IMG/VR virus record: IMGVR_UViG_2855308460_000004
DNA from: a virus
Taxonomy: Duplodnaviria; Heunggongvirae; Uroviricota; Caudoviricetes
DNA length: 14,011 nt
Reading direction: 5' to 3' (one strand)
The notes below the pieces were generated by a model. The model was given only the letters and a program-made list of their open reading frames with translations, did no database searches and was not told the DNA's origin. Shown one piece after another: positions 1-7,742 of the stretch. Both the position numbers and the translations under genes were made by a program. Each line of letters opens with the position of its first letter. Position 1 is the first letter of the stretch.

Positions 1-330
1 ATGGAAGAAAACAAATTTAAAAGTGTACTTCAGGAACGTGTAAACAAAGATAAAGAAAATGCTAAAAAAGATGCTGAGCTTAGGAAACAATTTGGTATTG
101 AAGATGGTAGAACCGTAGGGATTAAAGTTCATAAAGAAAATATAATGGGCACTATATGGCGAATATTATCCGACATTATTCAAACTATATTAAAGATAGT
201 ACTCTTATGTTTTGCGATGATTGGAGTATTATCTATACTTCATCCGGACATACGTGAAATACTACTAATCAGTTTAAAAGACTGTATGGAACAAATAAAA
301 GTATTTGCACCATTTCTTCCAATAGGATAG
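1..330 (+). CDS. Small membrane protein, function unknown (charged N-terminus, one hydrophobic segment ILKIVLLCFAMIGVLSIL)
   Basis: 109 aa ORF starting at window position 1, so the RBS is not visible. It loosely resembles small membrane proteins I associate with Clostridia conjugative elements (recollection, unverified). Confidence 0.7.
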   Translation: MEENKFKSVLQERVNKDKENAKKDAELRKQFGIEDGRTVGIKVHKENIMGTIWRILSDIIQTILKIVLLCFAMIGVLSILHPDIREILLISLKDCMEQIKVFAPFLPIG

Positions 331-354
331 ATTTGAGAAATAATAGGTAACAAA

Positions 355-786
355 ATGCAGAATTTCAAACAGGAATTAGAACGATTTTTGGTAGCACAGG
401 AGAATATCTACCCATATGCCTTATCTGAGATGAAAGATGGCCATAAACGTAGTCATTGGATTTGGTTCATATTTCCGCAAATTCATGGACTTGGACATAG
501 TGAGAAAGCACGGTATTTTGCTATAAGCGATATAGAAGAAGCTAAGGCATATATGGCTCATCCCATACTTAGCAAAAGACTGATAGAAATATCAAATGCT
601 TTATTATCCGTGCATACAAATAATGCAAGAGAAGTAATGGGATATCCTGACGATTTAAAATTAAAATCTTGTATGACACTATTTTCGATTATAAGTGTAA
701 ACCCTATATTCCAACAAGTTTTAGATAAATTTTTCAATGGAGAAAGGGATGAACAGACTATATTAATTATCAATGGATTCCAATAA
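355..786 (+). CDS. DUF1810 family protein
   Basis: Family signature KRSHWIWFIFPQIHGLGHS...YFAI..IEEAKAYMAHPIL..RL and GYPDDLKLKSCMTLF. Confidence 0.9.
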   Translation: MQNFKQELERFLVAQENIYPYALSEMKDGHKRSHWIWFIFPQIHGLGHSEKARYFAISDIEEAKAYMAHPILSKRLIEISNALLSVHTNNAREVMGYPDDLKLKSCMTLFSIISVNPIFQQVLDKFFNGERDEQTILIINGFQ

Positions 787-789
787 AAA

Positions 790-811
790 AGAGCCTTAAG
801 GCTCTCTTTTT
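790..811 (+). terminator. Intrinsic terminator after DUF1810
   Basis: AGAGCC-TTAA-GGCTCT followed by CTTTTT, preceded by an A run. Confidence 0.85.
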
Positions 812-955
812 AATTCATGTCCACATGAATGGCATACAAATCCATTCAGAAACAGTTTCATGTCAAAAGATATTTCAATTGATGAAATAAAGAAAATATG
901 GCTGGAATGTCAAGAAGCTGTAAGAAATAAAATAAATCACGAAAGCAAATATTAA
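800..955 (+). pseudogene. Possible 3' gene remnant (..SCPHEWHTNPFRNSFMSKDISIDEIKKIWLECQEAVRNKINHESKY*)
   Basis: Stop-free frame 800-955 that looks protein-like, begins inside the terminator and has no RBS. The internal ATG at 860 would give only 31 aa. Confidence 0.3.
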
Positions 956-964
956 AAACAGTAT

Positions 965-991
965 TGTTATACTTGTAAAAAATACATTATA
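965..991 (+). promoter_or_regulatory. Promoter region of the 1023 gene: extended -10 TG-n-TATACT (965-973) and CATTATA (985-991)
   Basis: Motifs read directly; RBS AAGGAG precedes ATG 1023; no good -35 seen. Confidence 0.45.
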
Positions 992-1022
992 TAAAAGATA
1001 AACATAAAAAGGAGATTATAAT

Positions 1023-1538
1023 ATGAAAAGATTTTGTCCAGATTGTGGAAGCGAGTTTGAAAGAAACTTTTGCCCAAAATGTGGTATTATGGGATTAACA
1101 GAAGAGGAATATAAGGCATATAAAAAGGCAATGGAGGATACAAGTGAAAATGTGATTGAGGAATCCATGAAATCAGGAGAAACTGAAAAAAACAGTAAAC
1201 CAGAAACTCCAGTTGAGGTGAAAATTATCGATTCTACAGGAATTGAAACCGATGAAATGGATCCTGATACTGAAGGATTAGAGACCTCTGAAACTGAAAA
1301 AAATCAGGAACCATCTGAGGATGGAAAAGAAGAAAGTGAAGATGCTAACTGTTCATGTTCTGAACCATGTAGTGGAGCTTGTCATAGTTGTTGTGATTAC
1401 GATGATGATTGTGTCCTTGATGAAGATGATTCAGAGGAGATTACATTTGATGGAAAAAAAGCAGCTAAATTCGTAATTGGAGCAGCTTGCTTAATCGGAG
1501 CTATTATTGCAGTTAAGGTATTAAAAAGAAAGAAGTAA
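1023..1538 (+). CDS. Zinc-ribbon / acidic / Cys-cluster protein with C-terminal membrane anchor
   Basis: CPDC..CPKC at the N-terminus, long E/D/S-rich linker, CSCSEPCSGACHSCCDYDDDC, then hydrophobic FVIGAACLIGAIIAVKVL plus KRKK; strong RBS. Confidence 0.8.
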   Translation: MKRFCPDCGSEFERNFCPKCGIMGLTEEEYKAYKKAMEDTSENVIEESMKSGETEKNSKPETPVEVKIIDSTGIETDEMDPDTEGLETSETEKNQEPSEDGKEESEDANCSCSEPCSGACHSCCDYDDDCVLDEDDSEEITFDGKKAAKFVIGAACLIGAIIAVKVLKRKK

Positions 1539-1543
1539 AATAG

Positions 1544-1565
1544 AGAGAGGGTGACCTCTCTTTTT
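1544..1565 (+). terminator. Intrinsic terminator
   Basis: AGAGAGG-GTGA-CCTCTCT plus T run, just after stop 1538. Confidence 0.9.
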
Positions 1566-1661
1566 CATTTTTTGTTCATAGTCCCAAAAACCCATAATAT
1601 TTAAGTAAATAAAAAAGAGTATACCATAAAAATTGCGTATATGTAGAAGGAGAATAAAATA

Positions 1662-1919
1662 ATGGAAAATATCAAAGATTTTATCTTAAACATCAGCAAT
1701 TGGCATTTAAAAGATGTAGTTGGCCTCCCAGAAGATGGTTCATACTGTTTTATTATTTTTGGAAATACTAGTAAAGGATATAAATGGTCTGTTGGTGGAT
1801 ATAGTATATCTGAAAAACTATTTTACTGTAATCTTGGATTGGGAGGAATGGTGGTTTCGGAAAACGATGTGGTTGCATGGAAACAGTGGGAAGAAGTCCT
1901 ATTTGATCTGGTAGAATAA
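1662..1919 (+). CDS. Small hypothetical protein, DUF551-like (phage-type)
   Basis: RBS AAGGAG; pattern W.....LPEDG.YC.......VVAW resembles DUF551-type phage proteins (weak motif-level match). Confidence 0.6.
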   Translation: MENIKDFILNISNWHLKDVVGLPEDGSYCFIIFGNTSKGYKWSVGGYSISEKLFYCNLGLGGMVVSENDVVAWKQWEEVLFDLVE

Positions 1920-1943
1920 AAAAACAGTCTTTCGACTGTTTTT
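1920..1943. terminator. Bidirectional intrinsic terminator between convergent genes
   Basis: AAAAACAGTC-TTTC-GACTGTTTTT, a perfect 10-bp stem between stops at 1919 (+) and 1951 (-). Confidence 0.9.
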
Positions 1944-1950
1944 CTTTTTA

Positions 1951-2151
1951 TCACGATGCTGTATATCCTTCAAAGTAAACAAATAAAGGCTGGGTAATTC
2001 CTTCTGCCGCTGCCTCATCTACTGTAATACCATTAGGATACTTCTGCGTAATGTACTCCCAGCTAGGCTCGTCTGGAAGAGGTGCCGCAAATGAGGTGAA
2101 TGGAATCATAATCATACAACACAAACTTAAAATAAATAGTAAACTCTTCAT
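1951..2151 (-). CDS. Small secreted protein (66 aa, about 44 aa mature)
   Basis: RBS AAGGAG on the - strand; signal peptide MKSLLFILSLCCMIMIPFTSFA/A; own terminator. Confidence 0.75.
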   Translation of the reverse strand: MKSLLFILSLCCMIMIPFTSFAAPLPDEPSWEYITQKYPNGITVDEAAAEGITQPLFVYFEGYTAS

Positions 2152-2247
2152 TTTAGTTTTCTCCTTCTTCTCTTTATTTATTACACAAATATAGTGTAAT
2201 TATTTTATGAATGATAATATTCGGAAATCTATTTTTTTAAAAACAAT

Positions 2248-2254
2248 CATACTA
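2248..2254 (+). promoter_or_regulatory. CATACTA putative -10 element of secA
   Basis: 43 nt upstream of ATG 2291; the same heptamer lies 39 nt upstream of the 4806 gene. Confidence 0.45.
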
Positions 2255-2290
2255 AAAATAGAATAAAGCGTTATAAGAAAGGAAATTAAT

Positions 2291-4657
2291 ATGTTTAAAA
2301 ATAGATCGATGAAAAGAATGGTAGATAAAATTCTTAGCTACAGACTTAAAATGAATGCGTTATCTGATGAAGAGTTAAGAAGTAAAACATCAGAATTCAA
2401 AACGCGCATAAATAAAGGCGAGAGTCTTGAAAAAATCCTTCCAGAAGCGTTTGCAGTTGTGAGAGAAGCCGCAAGACGTACTCTTGGTATGGAGCATTTT
2501 CCCGTTCAGTTAATGGGAGGTATTGCCCTACATAAAGGATATATAGCTGAAATGAAAACTGGTGAAGGAAAAACACTTGTCTCTACCTGCCCGGCCTATC
2601 TGAACGCATTAACAGGAAAAAGTGTTTACGTAGTAACGGTCAATGATTATTTAGCAAAGCGAGATGCTGAGATGATGGGCCAAGTCCATCGCTTTTTAGG
2701 TTTAACCGTTGGAACCGTATTAAGCGAAATGGGTACATTGGAGCGGAAAGATGCTTATCAATGTGATATTACCTATGTGACAAATAATGAATTGGGTTTT
2801 GATTATTTACGTGATAATATGGCAATGACAAAAGAACAGCAGGTCTTAAGAGGATTAAATTATTGTATCATTGATGAAGTAGACTCAGTGCTAATCGACG
2901 AAGCCAGAACTCCACTTATCATTTCTGGACAAAGTGACCGTTCAACCAGCCTTTATGTTGCAGCTGATTTTTTGGCGAAAAAACTACATAAGGGTGAACC
3001 ATCTAAAAAATACCGAAAAGTAGATATGCTGATGGGAGAAGATATTGAGGAAGATGGAGATTTCATCATAGAGGAAAAAGATAAAAATGTGCATTTGACT
3101 GCATATGGCGTTGATGAAGTCGAAAGATTCTTTCATATTGAGAATTTAGCAGATCCGGAAAATATTGATATACAACACCATATGAATATAGCGTTAAAAG
3201 CTAACTATATCATGAATATAGACAAGGACTATGTTGTTAAGGATAATGAGATTTTGATTGTGGATGAATTTACTGGAAGGACCATGCAGGGAAGAAGATA
3301 TTCAGATGGCCTTCATCAGGCAATTGAGGCGAAAGAGAATGTAGATATTAAGAAAGAATCACGTACGATGGCAACCATTACATTTCAGAACTTCTTTAAT
3401 AAGTTTGAAAAAAAAGCAGGTATGACAGGAACTGCCAAGACAGAAGAGAAAGAGTTCAAAAGTACCTACCATATGCCAGTCATAGAAATAGCAACAAATA
3501 AGCCAGTAATTCGTAAGGATTATGAAGATGTTGTATATAAAACCAAAAAAGAAAAATATGAAGCAATTATAAAATCAATTGAAGAATCTTATGAAAAAGG
3601 TCAGCCTGTTTTAGTAGGTACGATTACTATTGAAACATCAGAATACTTATCTAAGCTGTTGAAGAAAAAGGGAATTCCTCACAATGTCCTGAATGCCAAG
3701 CATATTGAAGAAGAGGCAGAAATCATCATGAATGCAGGAAAATTTAAGGCTGTTACGATTGCTACAAATATGGCTGGCCGAGGAACAGATATCAAATTGG
3801 ATGCAGATGCAAAAGATACAGGTGGTCTTAAAATAATTGGCACGGAACGTCATGAATCAAGACGTATTGATAATCAGCTCCGCGGTCGTTCTGGACGTCA
3901 GGGAGATCCAGGTGAATCAAGATTCTACATTTCCTTAGAAGATGACTTGATGAGGCTGTTCGGTTCGGAAAATATGAAACAGATGTTTGAAAAAGCAGGT
4001 ATAGAAGAAGGAGAAGAACTTCAGCACAAACTCCTTACAAAAACCATTGAAAACGCACAGAAACGGGTTGAAAATAATAACTATGGAATCCGTGAGCAAT
4101 TATTGAAATTTGATCAGGTCAATAATGAACAGCGTGAAATTATCTATGCTGAGCGAAATTTATTATTGGAACAGACTAGTGTTAAGGATACAATATTGGA
4201 AATGATGAAAAATAGCATTGACTTGATTATAGATGATTATTTTAAAGAAAAAGCAGAGCATACAGAAGTTGATTTTGAGGAAATGTTGATGAAGATTTTC
4301 GGCCTTATACCAATAAGAATGAATATAAAGGTATTAAATGCCTATACGAAAAAAGAACTGTTAAAATTTATGAATGAAGAAATTGAAGATTTTTATCACA
4401 AAATAGAACAGAAATTTGAAGACATTGAAGATTTAAGAGTAATGGAGCGGCGTATTTTTCTAAAAGTAATTGATATAAACTGGATGAACCATATTGACAA
4501 TATGGAAAAATTAAAAGAAAGTATATCTCTACAAGCATATGCAGGACATGATCCTGTGGTAGAATATAAACTCAATGTGTATGAAATGTTTGATGAAATG
4601 TTAAAAACAATTAGAAATGAAACAGTAAAAACAATAACACATATGGTTTATCAATAA
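2291..4657 (+). CDS. secA: Preprotein translocase ATPase SecA (orphan paralogue lacking the C-terminal tail and zinc-binding motif)
   Basis: MKTGEGKT Walker A, DEVDSVLIDEARTPLIISG, TNMAGRGTDI, GTERHESRRIDNQLRGRSGRQGDPG. 788 aa ending TITHMVYQ with no GRNDPCPCGSGKKYK.CC. Confidence 0.97.
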   Translation: MFKNRSMKRMVDKILSYRLKMNALSDEELRSKTSEFKTRINKGESLEKILPEAFAVVREAARRTLGMEHFPVQLMGGIALHKGYIAEMKTGEGKTLVSTCPAYLNALTGKSVYVVTVNDYLAKRDAEMMGQVHRFLGLTVGTVLSEMGTLERKDAYQCDITYVTNNELGFDYLRDNMAMTKEQQVLRGLNYCIIDEVDSVLIDEARTPLIISGQSDRSTSLYVAADFLAKKLHKGEPSKKYRKVDMLMGEDIEEDGDFIIEEKDKNVHLTAYGVDEVERFFHIENLADPENIDIQHHMNIALKANYIMNIDKDYVVKDNEILIVDEFTGRTMQGRRYSDGLHQAIEAKENVDIKKESRTMATITFQNFFNKFEKKAGMTGTAKTEEKEFKSTYHMPVIEIATNKPVIRKDYEDVVYKTKKEKYEAIIKSIEESYEKGQPVLVGTITIETSEYLSKLLKKKGIPHNVLNAKHIEEEAEIIMNAGKFKAVTIATNMAGRGTDIKLDADAKDTGGLKIIGTERHESRRIDNQLRGRSGRQGDPGESRFYISLEDDLMRLFGSENMKQMFEKAGIEEGEELQHKLLTKTIENAQKRVENNNYGIREQLLKFDQVNNEQREIIYAERNLLLEQTSVKDTILEMMKNSIDLIIDDYFKEKAEHTEVDFEEMLMKIFGLIPIRMNIKVLNAYTKKELLKFMNEEIEDFYHKIEQKFEDIEDLRVMERRIFLKVIDINWMNHIDNMEKLKESISLQAYAGHDPVVEYKLNVYEMFDEMLKTIRNETVKTITHMVYQ

Positions 4658-4766
4658 GAATTTAATAACATTTTCTTACCTAAGAAGTAAGTCCCATTAT
4701 CCATAATCTCTGCGTGTTTGAAAATGAAGAAATCTCATTTTTCACCTTTTTCACTTAATATAAAAA

Positions 4767-4773
4767 CATACTA
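4767..4773 (+). promoter_or_regulatory. CATACTA putative -10 element
   Basis: 39 nt upstream of ATG 4806; RBS AAGGAGG follows. Confidence 0.45.
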
Positions 4774-4805
4774 ACTATAGATAGAATAAAAGGAGGAATT
4801 ACAAA

Positions 4806-5288
4806 ATGAACGTTAAATTTTCTGACCAGGAACTGTATCTTGATGCAAATTCAATTTTTTTAGCTGGGCCAACAATGAGGAATAGTACTTTTTCAAAATC
4901 CTGGAGAAAAAAAGCATGTATGATTCTTGAAGAATTCAAATTCGATGGAACTGTATATGTTCCTGAATATTATTCCAACAAGGAATTTGAAGATGATGCT
5001 TATATTAATCAGACAAAGTGGGAGTGGGAATGCCTGGATATAGCAGGTGTAATCGTATTCTGGGTACCTAGACAGATGAAGGATATGCCTGCATTGACAA
5101 CGAACATTGAGTTTGGTAGATACCTGACGAAAAAAAAAGATTCTGTAATTCTAGGGTACCCAAGATACACAGAAAAGATGAAGTATATGGACCTTCTTTA
5201 TCGGACAGAAACGGGAAGAATCCCAGAAACAACTTTGGGTGGAACTCTTAAAAATGCAGTATCACAATTAGATTACTTAAACGAATAA
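4806..5288 (+). CDS. Nucleoside 2-deoxyribosyltransferase-like protein (Nuc_deoxyri_tr2-type)
   Basis: SIFLAGPT.R....SWR, VYVPE, Q..WE...L..A.VIVFWVPR, MPALTTNIEFG with the family Glu retained. Confidence 0.85.
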   Translation: MNVKFSDQELYLDANSIFLAGPTMRNSTFSKSWRKKACMILEEFKFDGTVYVPEYYSNKEFEDDAYINQTKWEWECLDIAGVIVFWVPRQMKDMPALTTNIEFGRYLTKKKDSVILGYPRYTEKMKYMDLLYRTETGRIPETTLGGTLKNAVSQLDYLNE

Positions 5289-5305
5289 TATATTTTGTGT
5301 ACTTG

Positions 5306-5329
5306 AAAGAGGGCGTAAGCCTTCTTTTT
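5306..5329 (+). terminator. Intrinsic terminator
   Basis: AAAGAGGGC-GTAA-GCCTTCTTT plus TT (one G-U pair, GNRA loop). Confidence 0.85.
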
Positions 5330-5392
5330 ATTTGTATCAAAATTTTCTCATATTAGTTAAACATCAAAAGAAGAATAAAAGAAAGGAAGCTT

Positions 5393-5534
5393 ATGAATTA
5401 TAACAAAGAAATAATCTGGGAAATATTCGACTTATGAACTATTTAGTGACTGGATTGGAATGTATGCATTATCAATAGCAAATTTGATAAATGTTGGAAG
5501 TGATGTCTGGAACTATAGGGAAGAACAATTTTAA
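5393..5534 (+). pseudogene. Frameshifted, truncated gene remnant resembling the N-terminus of Clostridia mobile-element proteins annotated as N-6 DNA methylase
   Basis: RBS GAAAGGAAG and ATG 5393 give MNYNKEII; a second frame from 5415 reads SGKYSTYELFSDWIGMYALSIANLINVGSDVWNYREEQF* (stop 5532-5534). The family link is from memory of the SGKYS.YE.FSDW..M.A.SIAN...W..RE pattern. Confidence 0.5.
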
Positions 5535-5629
5535 AATGTGTTAATAAAATAACAAAATATAAGATTTTGGTTACCATTTTGTAAAAAAAGGTCATAATGT
5601 AGTAAAGATTATACGCTTATAAATAAACA

Positions 5630-5636
5630 CATATTA
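5630..5636 (+). promoter_or_regulatory. CATATTA putative -10 of the NAD salvage operon
   Basis: 37 nt upstream of ATG 5667; ATA at 5611-5613 lies 16 nt upstream (sigmaE-like spacing). A second CATAAT is at 5593. Confidence 0.4.
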
Positions 5637-5666
5637 TCAAGGAATAAAATAAAAAAGGAGAGAAAA

Positions 5667-6215
5667 ATGAAAGAGAAAATTTTAGTAGTAGTAGATATGC
5701 AATATGATTTTGTTTATGGGAGTTTAGGAACACCGGAAGCACAGGCAATTGTACCTAAGGTTATTGAAAAAGTCACTAATTTTGATGGAACCGTAGTGTT
5801 TACCAGAGATACCCATGAAGAAGACTATTTAGAAACATTTGAAGGGAAAAAACTGCCAGTGGTTCATTGTGTTGAAGGAACGTCTGGATGGGAAATCATA
5901 ACAGAAATTTTAAACGCTGGAAGTTTTAAGCGTCCACAAAAGGATTTATCATGGATATACGACAAAACAACATTTGGCTGTATTAATCTGGCAAAGGATA
6001 TCCAAAACAAATTATTCATTGAACAGGATGAGCTGGAAATTGAGTTAATTGGACTTTGCACAGATATTTGTGTTGTTACAAATGCTTTATTATTAAGGGC
6101 TTATATGCCAGAGGTACCTATTAGGGTTGACTCAAGTTGCTGTGCAGGAGTTACAAAAGAAACACATGAGGCAGCCTTGAAAACGATGCAGATGTGTCAA
6201 ATCGATATAGTTTAA
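5667..6215 (+). CDS. pncA: Nicotinamidase (isochorismatase-family cysteine hydrolase)
   Basis: VVDMQYDF (Asp), TRDTH and HC metal ligands, DKTTFG (Lys), GLCTDICV (Cys); directly upstream of pncB. Confidence 0.9.
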   Translation: MKEKILVVVDMQYDFVYGSLGTPEAQAIVPKVIEKVTNFDGTVVFTRDTHEEDYLETFEGKKLPVVHCVEGTSGWEIITEILNAGSFKRPQKDLSWIYDKTTFGCINLAKDIQNKLFIEQDELEIELIGLCTDICVVTNALLLRAYMPEVPIRVDSSCCAGVTKETHEAALKTMQMCQIDIV

Positions 6216-6269
6216 TAATGAGAGAGTAGGAATGACATTTCAAGTAAATATAAAAGGGAGAATAAAATA

Positions 6270-7742
6270 ATGAAAACACAGAGCGCAGAAAGAAATTTAA
6301 GCATGATTATGGATTTTTATGAGTTAACAATGGCAAATGGGTATTTCAAACATATGGACAGAAATGTGCAGGTTGCATTTGATGTTTTTTACCGTAAAAA
6401 TCCTGATAATGGTGGATATGCAATTTATGCCGGACTTAAGCAAATCATTGATTATATAAAAGCGTTGCATTTTGATGAAGATGATATTGCTTATTTGAAA
6501 TCACAGGATTTATTTGACAAGGATTTTCTTGATTATTTACGGCACTTTGCATTTACAGGAAGCGTTTGGTCATTTGATGAGGGAGAGATTATGTACCCTA
6601 ATGAACCAGTTATCACAGTAATTGCACCACTTATTGAGGCACAGCTTGTAGAGACAGCCATCCTGTTACAGTTTAATCATCAGAGCTTAATTGCAACTAA
6701 GACCAATCGTATAGTGCAGGCCGCAGATGGAAGAGGTGTGTCTGATTTTGGAGCCAGAAGAGCTCATAACATGGATGCCGCAGTATATGGAGCAAGAGCG
6801 GCTTATATTGGTGGAGCAATCGGAACAGCAACTGTACTTGCTGGACAGATGTTTGATATTCCGATTAGTGGAACGATGGCGCATAGTTGGGTTATGTTTT
6901 ATCCGGATGAATACACAGCTTTTAAAACATATGCTTTAACATACCCAGATGCAACAACATTGCTAGTGGATACCTATAATGTTTTGGAAAGTGGTGTCCC
7001 TAATGCAATCCGAGTAGCGAAAGAAGTGCTGGAGCCAATGGGAAAGCGGCTAAAGGGAATCAGATTGGATAGTGGTGACCTTGCTTACCTATCTAAAAAA
7101 TCTAGGAAGATGTTAGACGAAGCCGGTCTAACTGATTGTAAAATTGTGGTATCAAACAGTCTGGATGAATATACAATCCGTTCCCTTATTAATCAGGGAG
7201 CATGTATTGACTTATTTGGTGTTGGCGAGCGATTGATTACAGCTAAATCAGATCCTGTGTTCGGTGGAGTCTACAAACTTAGTGCAGTAGAAGAAAATGG
7301 CGAATTCAAGCCAAGAATTAAAATTTCTGAGAACGTAGAAAAAGTTACCAATCCAGGTCTTAAGCGAGTCTGGAGAATCATGAACAAGGATGGTATTGGA
7401 GTTGGTGATTTATTAACTTTATGGGATGAAGATCCTAGAGATACAGCTGGCTCTTATGAAGTGATTGACACCCGAAATCCTTGGAAGAAAGTGGTTCTTG
7501 ACCATTGTAGTTTTGTTCCATTACAAAAACTTTATATTAAGGAAGGACGAGAAACTAATGAGTGTGAATATCTGAGTAATACAAAATATATAAAGGAACA
7601 TGTCGCGAAGCGTCTTAAGCATGAAGTTTGGGATGAAGAAAAACGTTTTGAAAACCCACATCTCCATTATCTTGATATGTCACCCGCTTTATACAAATTA
7701 AAGATGGATATGTTAAATGAGCATGGAGCAATTGAAAAATGA
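6270..7742 (+). CDS. pncB: Nicotinate phosphoribosyltransferase
   Basis: DFYELTM, DFGARRAH, GTMAHSW (phospho-His), LLVDTY, IRLDSGDL, GGVYKL. Confidence 0.97.
   Translation: MKTQSAERNLSMIMDFYELTMANGYFKHMDRNVQVAFDVFYRKNPDNGGYAIYAGLKQIIDYIKALHFDEDDIAYLKSQDLFDKDFLDYLRHFAFTGSVWSFDEGEIMYPNEPVITVIAPLIEAQLVETAILLQFNHQSLIATKTNRIVQAADGRGVSDFGARRAHNMDAAVYGARAAYIGGAIGTATVLAGQMFDIPISGTMAHSWVMFYPDEYTAFKTYALTYPDATTLLVDTYNVLESGVPNAIRVAKEVLEPMGKRLKGIRLDSGDLAYLSKKSRKMLDEAGLTDCKIVVSNSLDEYTIRSLINQGACIDLFGVGERLITAKSDPVFGGVYKLSAVEENGEFKPRIKISENVEKVTNPGLKRVWRIMNKDGIGVGDLLTLWDEDPRDTAGSYEVIDTRNPWKKVVLDHCSFVPLQKLYIKEGRETNECEYLSNTKYIKEHVAKRLKHEVWDEEKRFENPHLHYLDMSPALYKLKMDMLNEHGAIEK

Noticed and set aside
1440-1538. 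Sortase sorting signal in the zinc-ribbon protein
   Set aside because: TM plus basic tail are present, but there is no LPxTG-like motif and no N-terminal signal peptide.
2197-2209. 13-mer CATAAAATAATTA on the - strand here and on the + strand at 10805-10817
   Set aside because: Almost pure A/T; such a match is expected by chance in AT-rich intergenic DNA.
2291-4657. Calling secA the housekeeping copy or part of a SecA2/SecY2 system
   Set aside because: No C-terminal Zn motif and none of the usual neighbours (hpf/prfB, or secY2/asp/gtf and a serine-rich adhesin) in the window.
5130-5138. A9 tract in the NDT-like gene (and A8 in secA near 3408) as phase-variation switches
   Set aside because: Frames are intact, the tracts encode Lys runs, and this length is unremarkable at this composition.
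5568-5576. TGGT-T-ACCA palindrome upstream of pncA as an NrtR/NiaR/Rex site
   Set aside because: Too short, does not match Rex (TTGTGAA-N4-TTCACAA), and no regulator gene is nearby.
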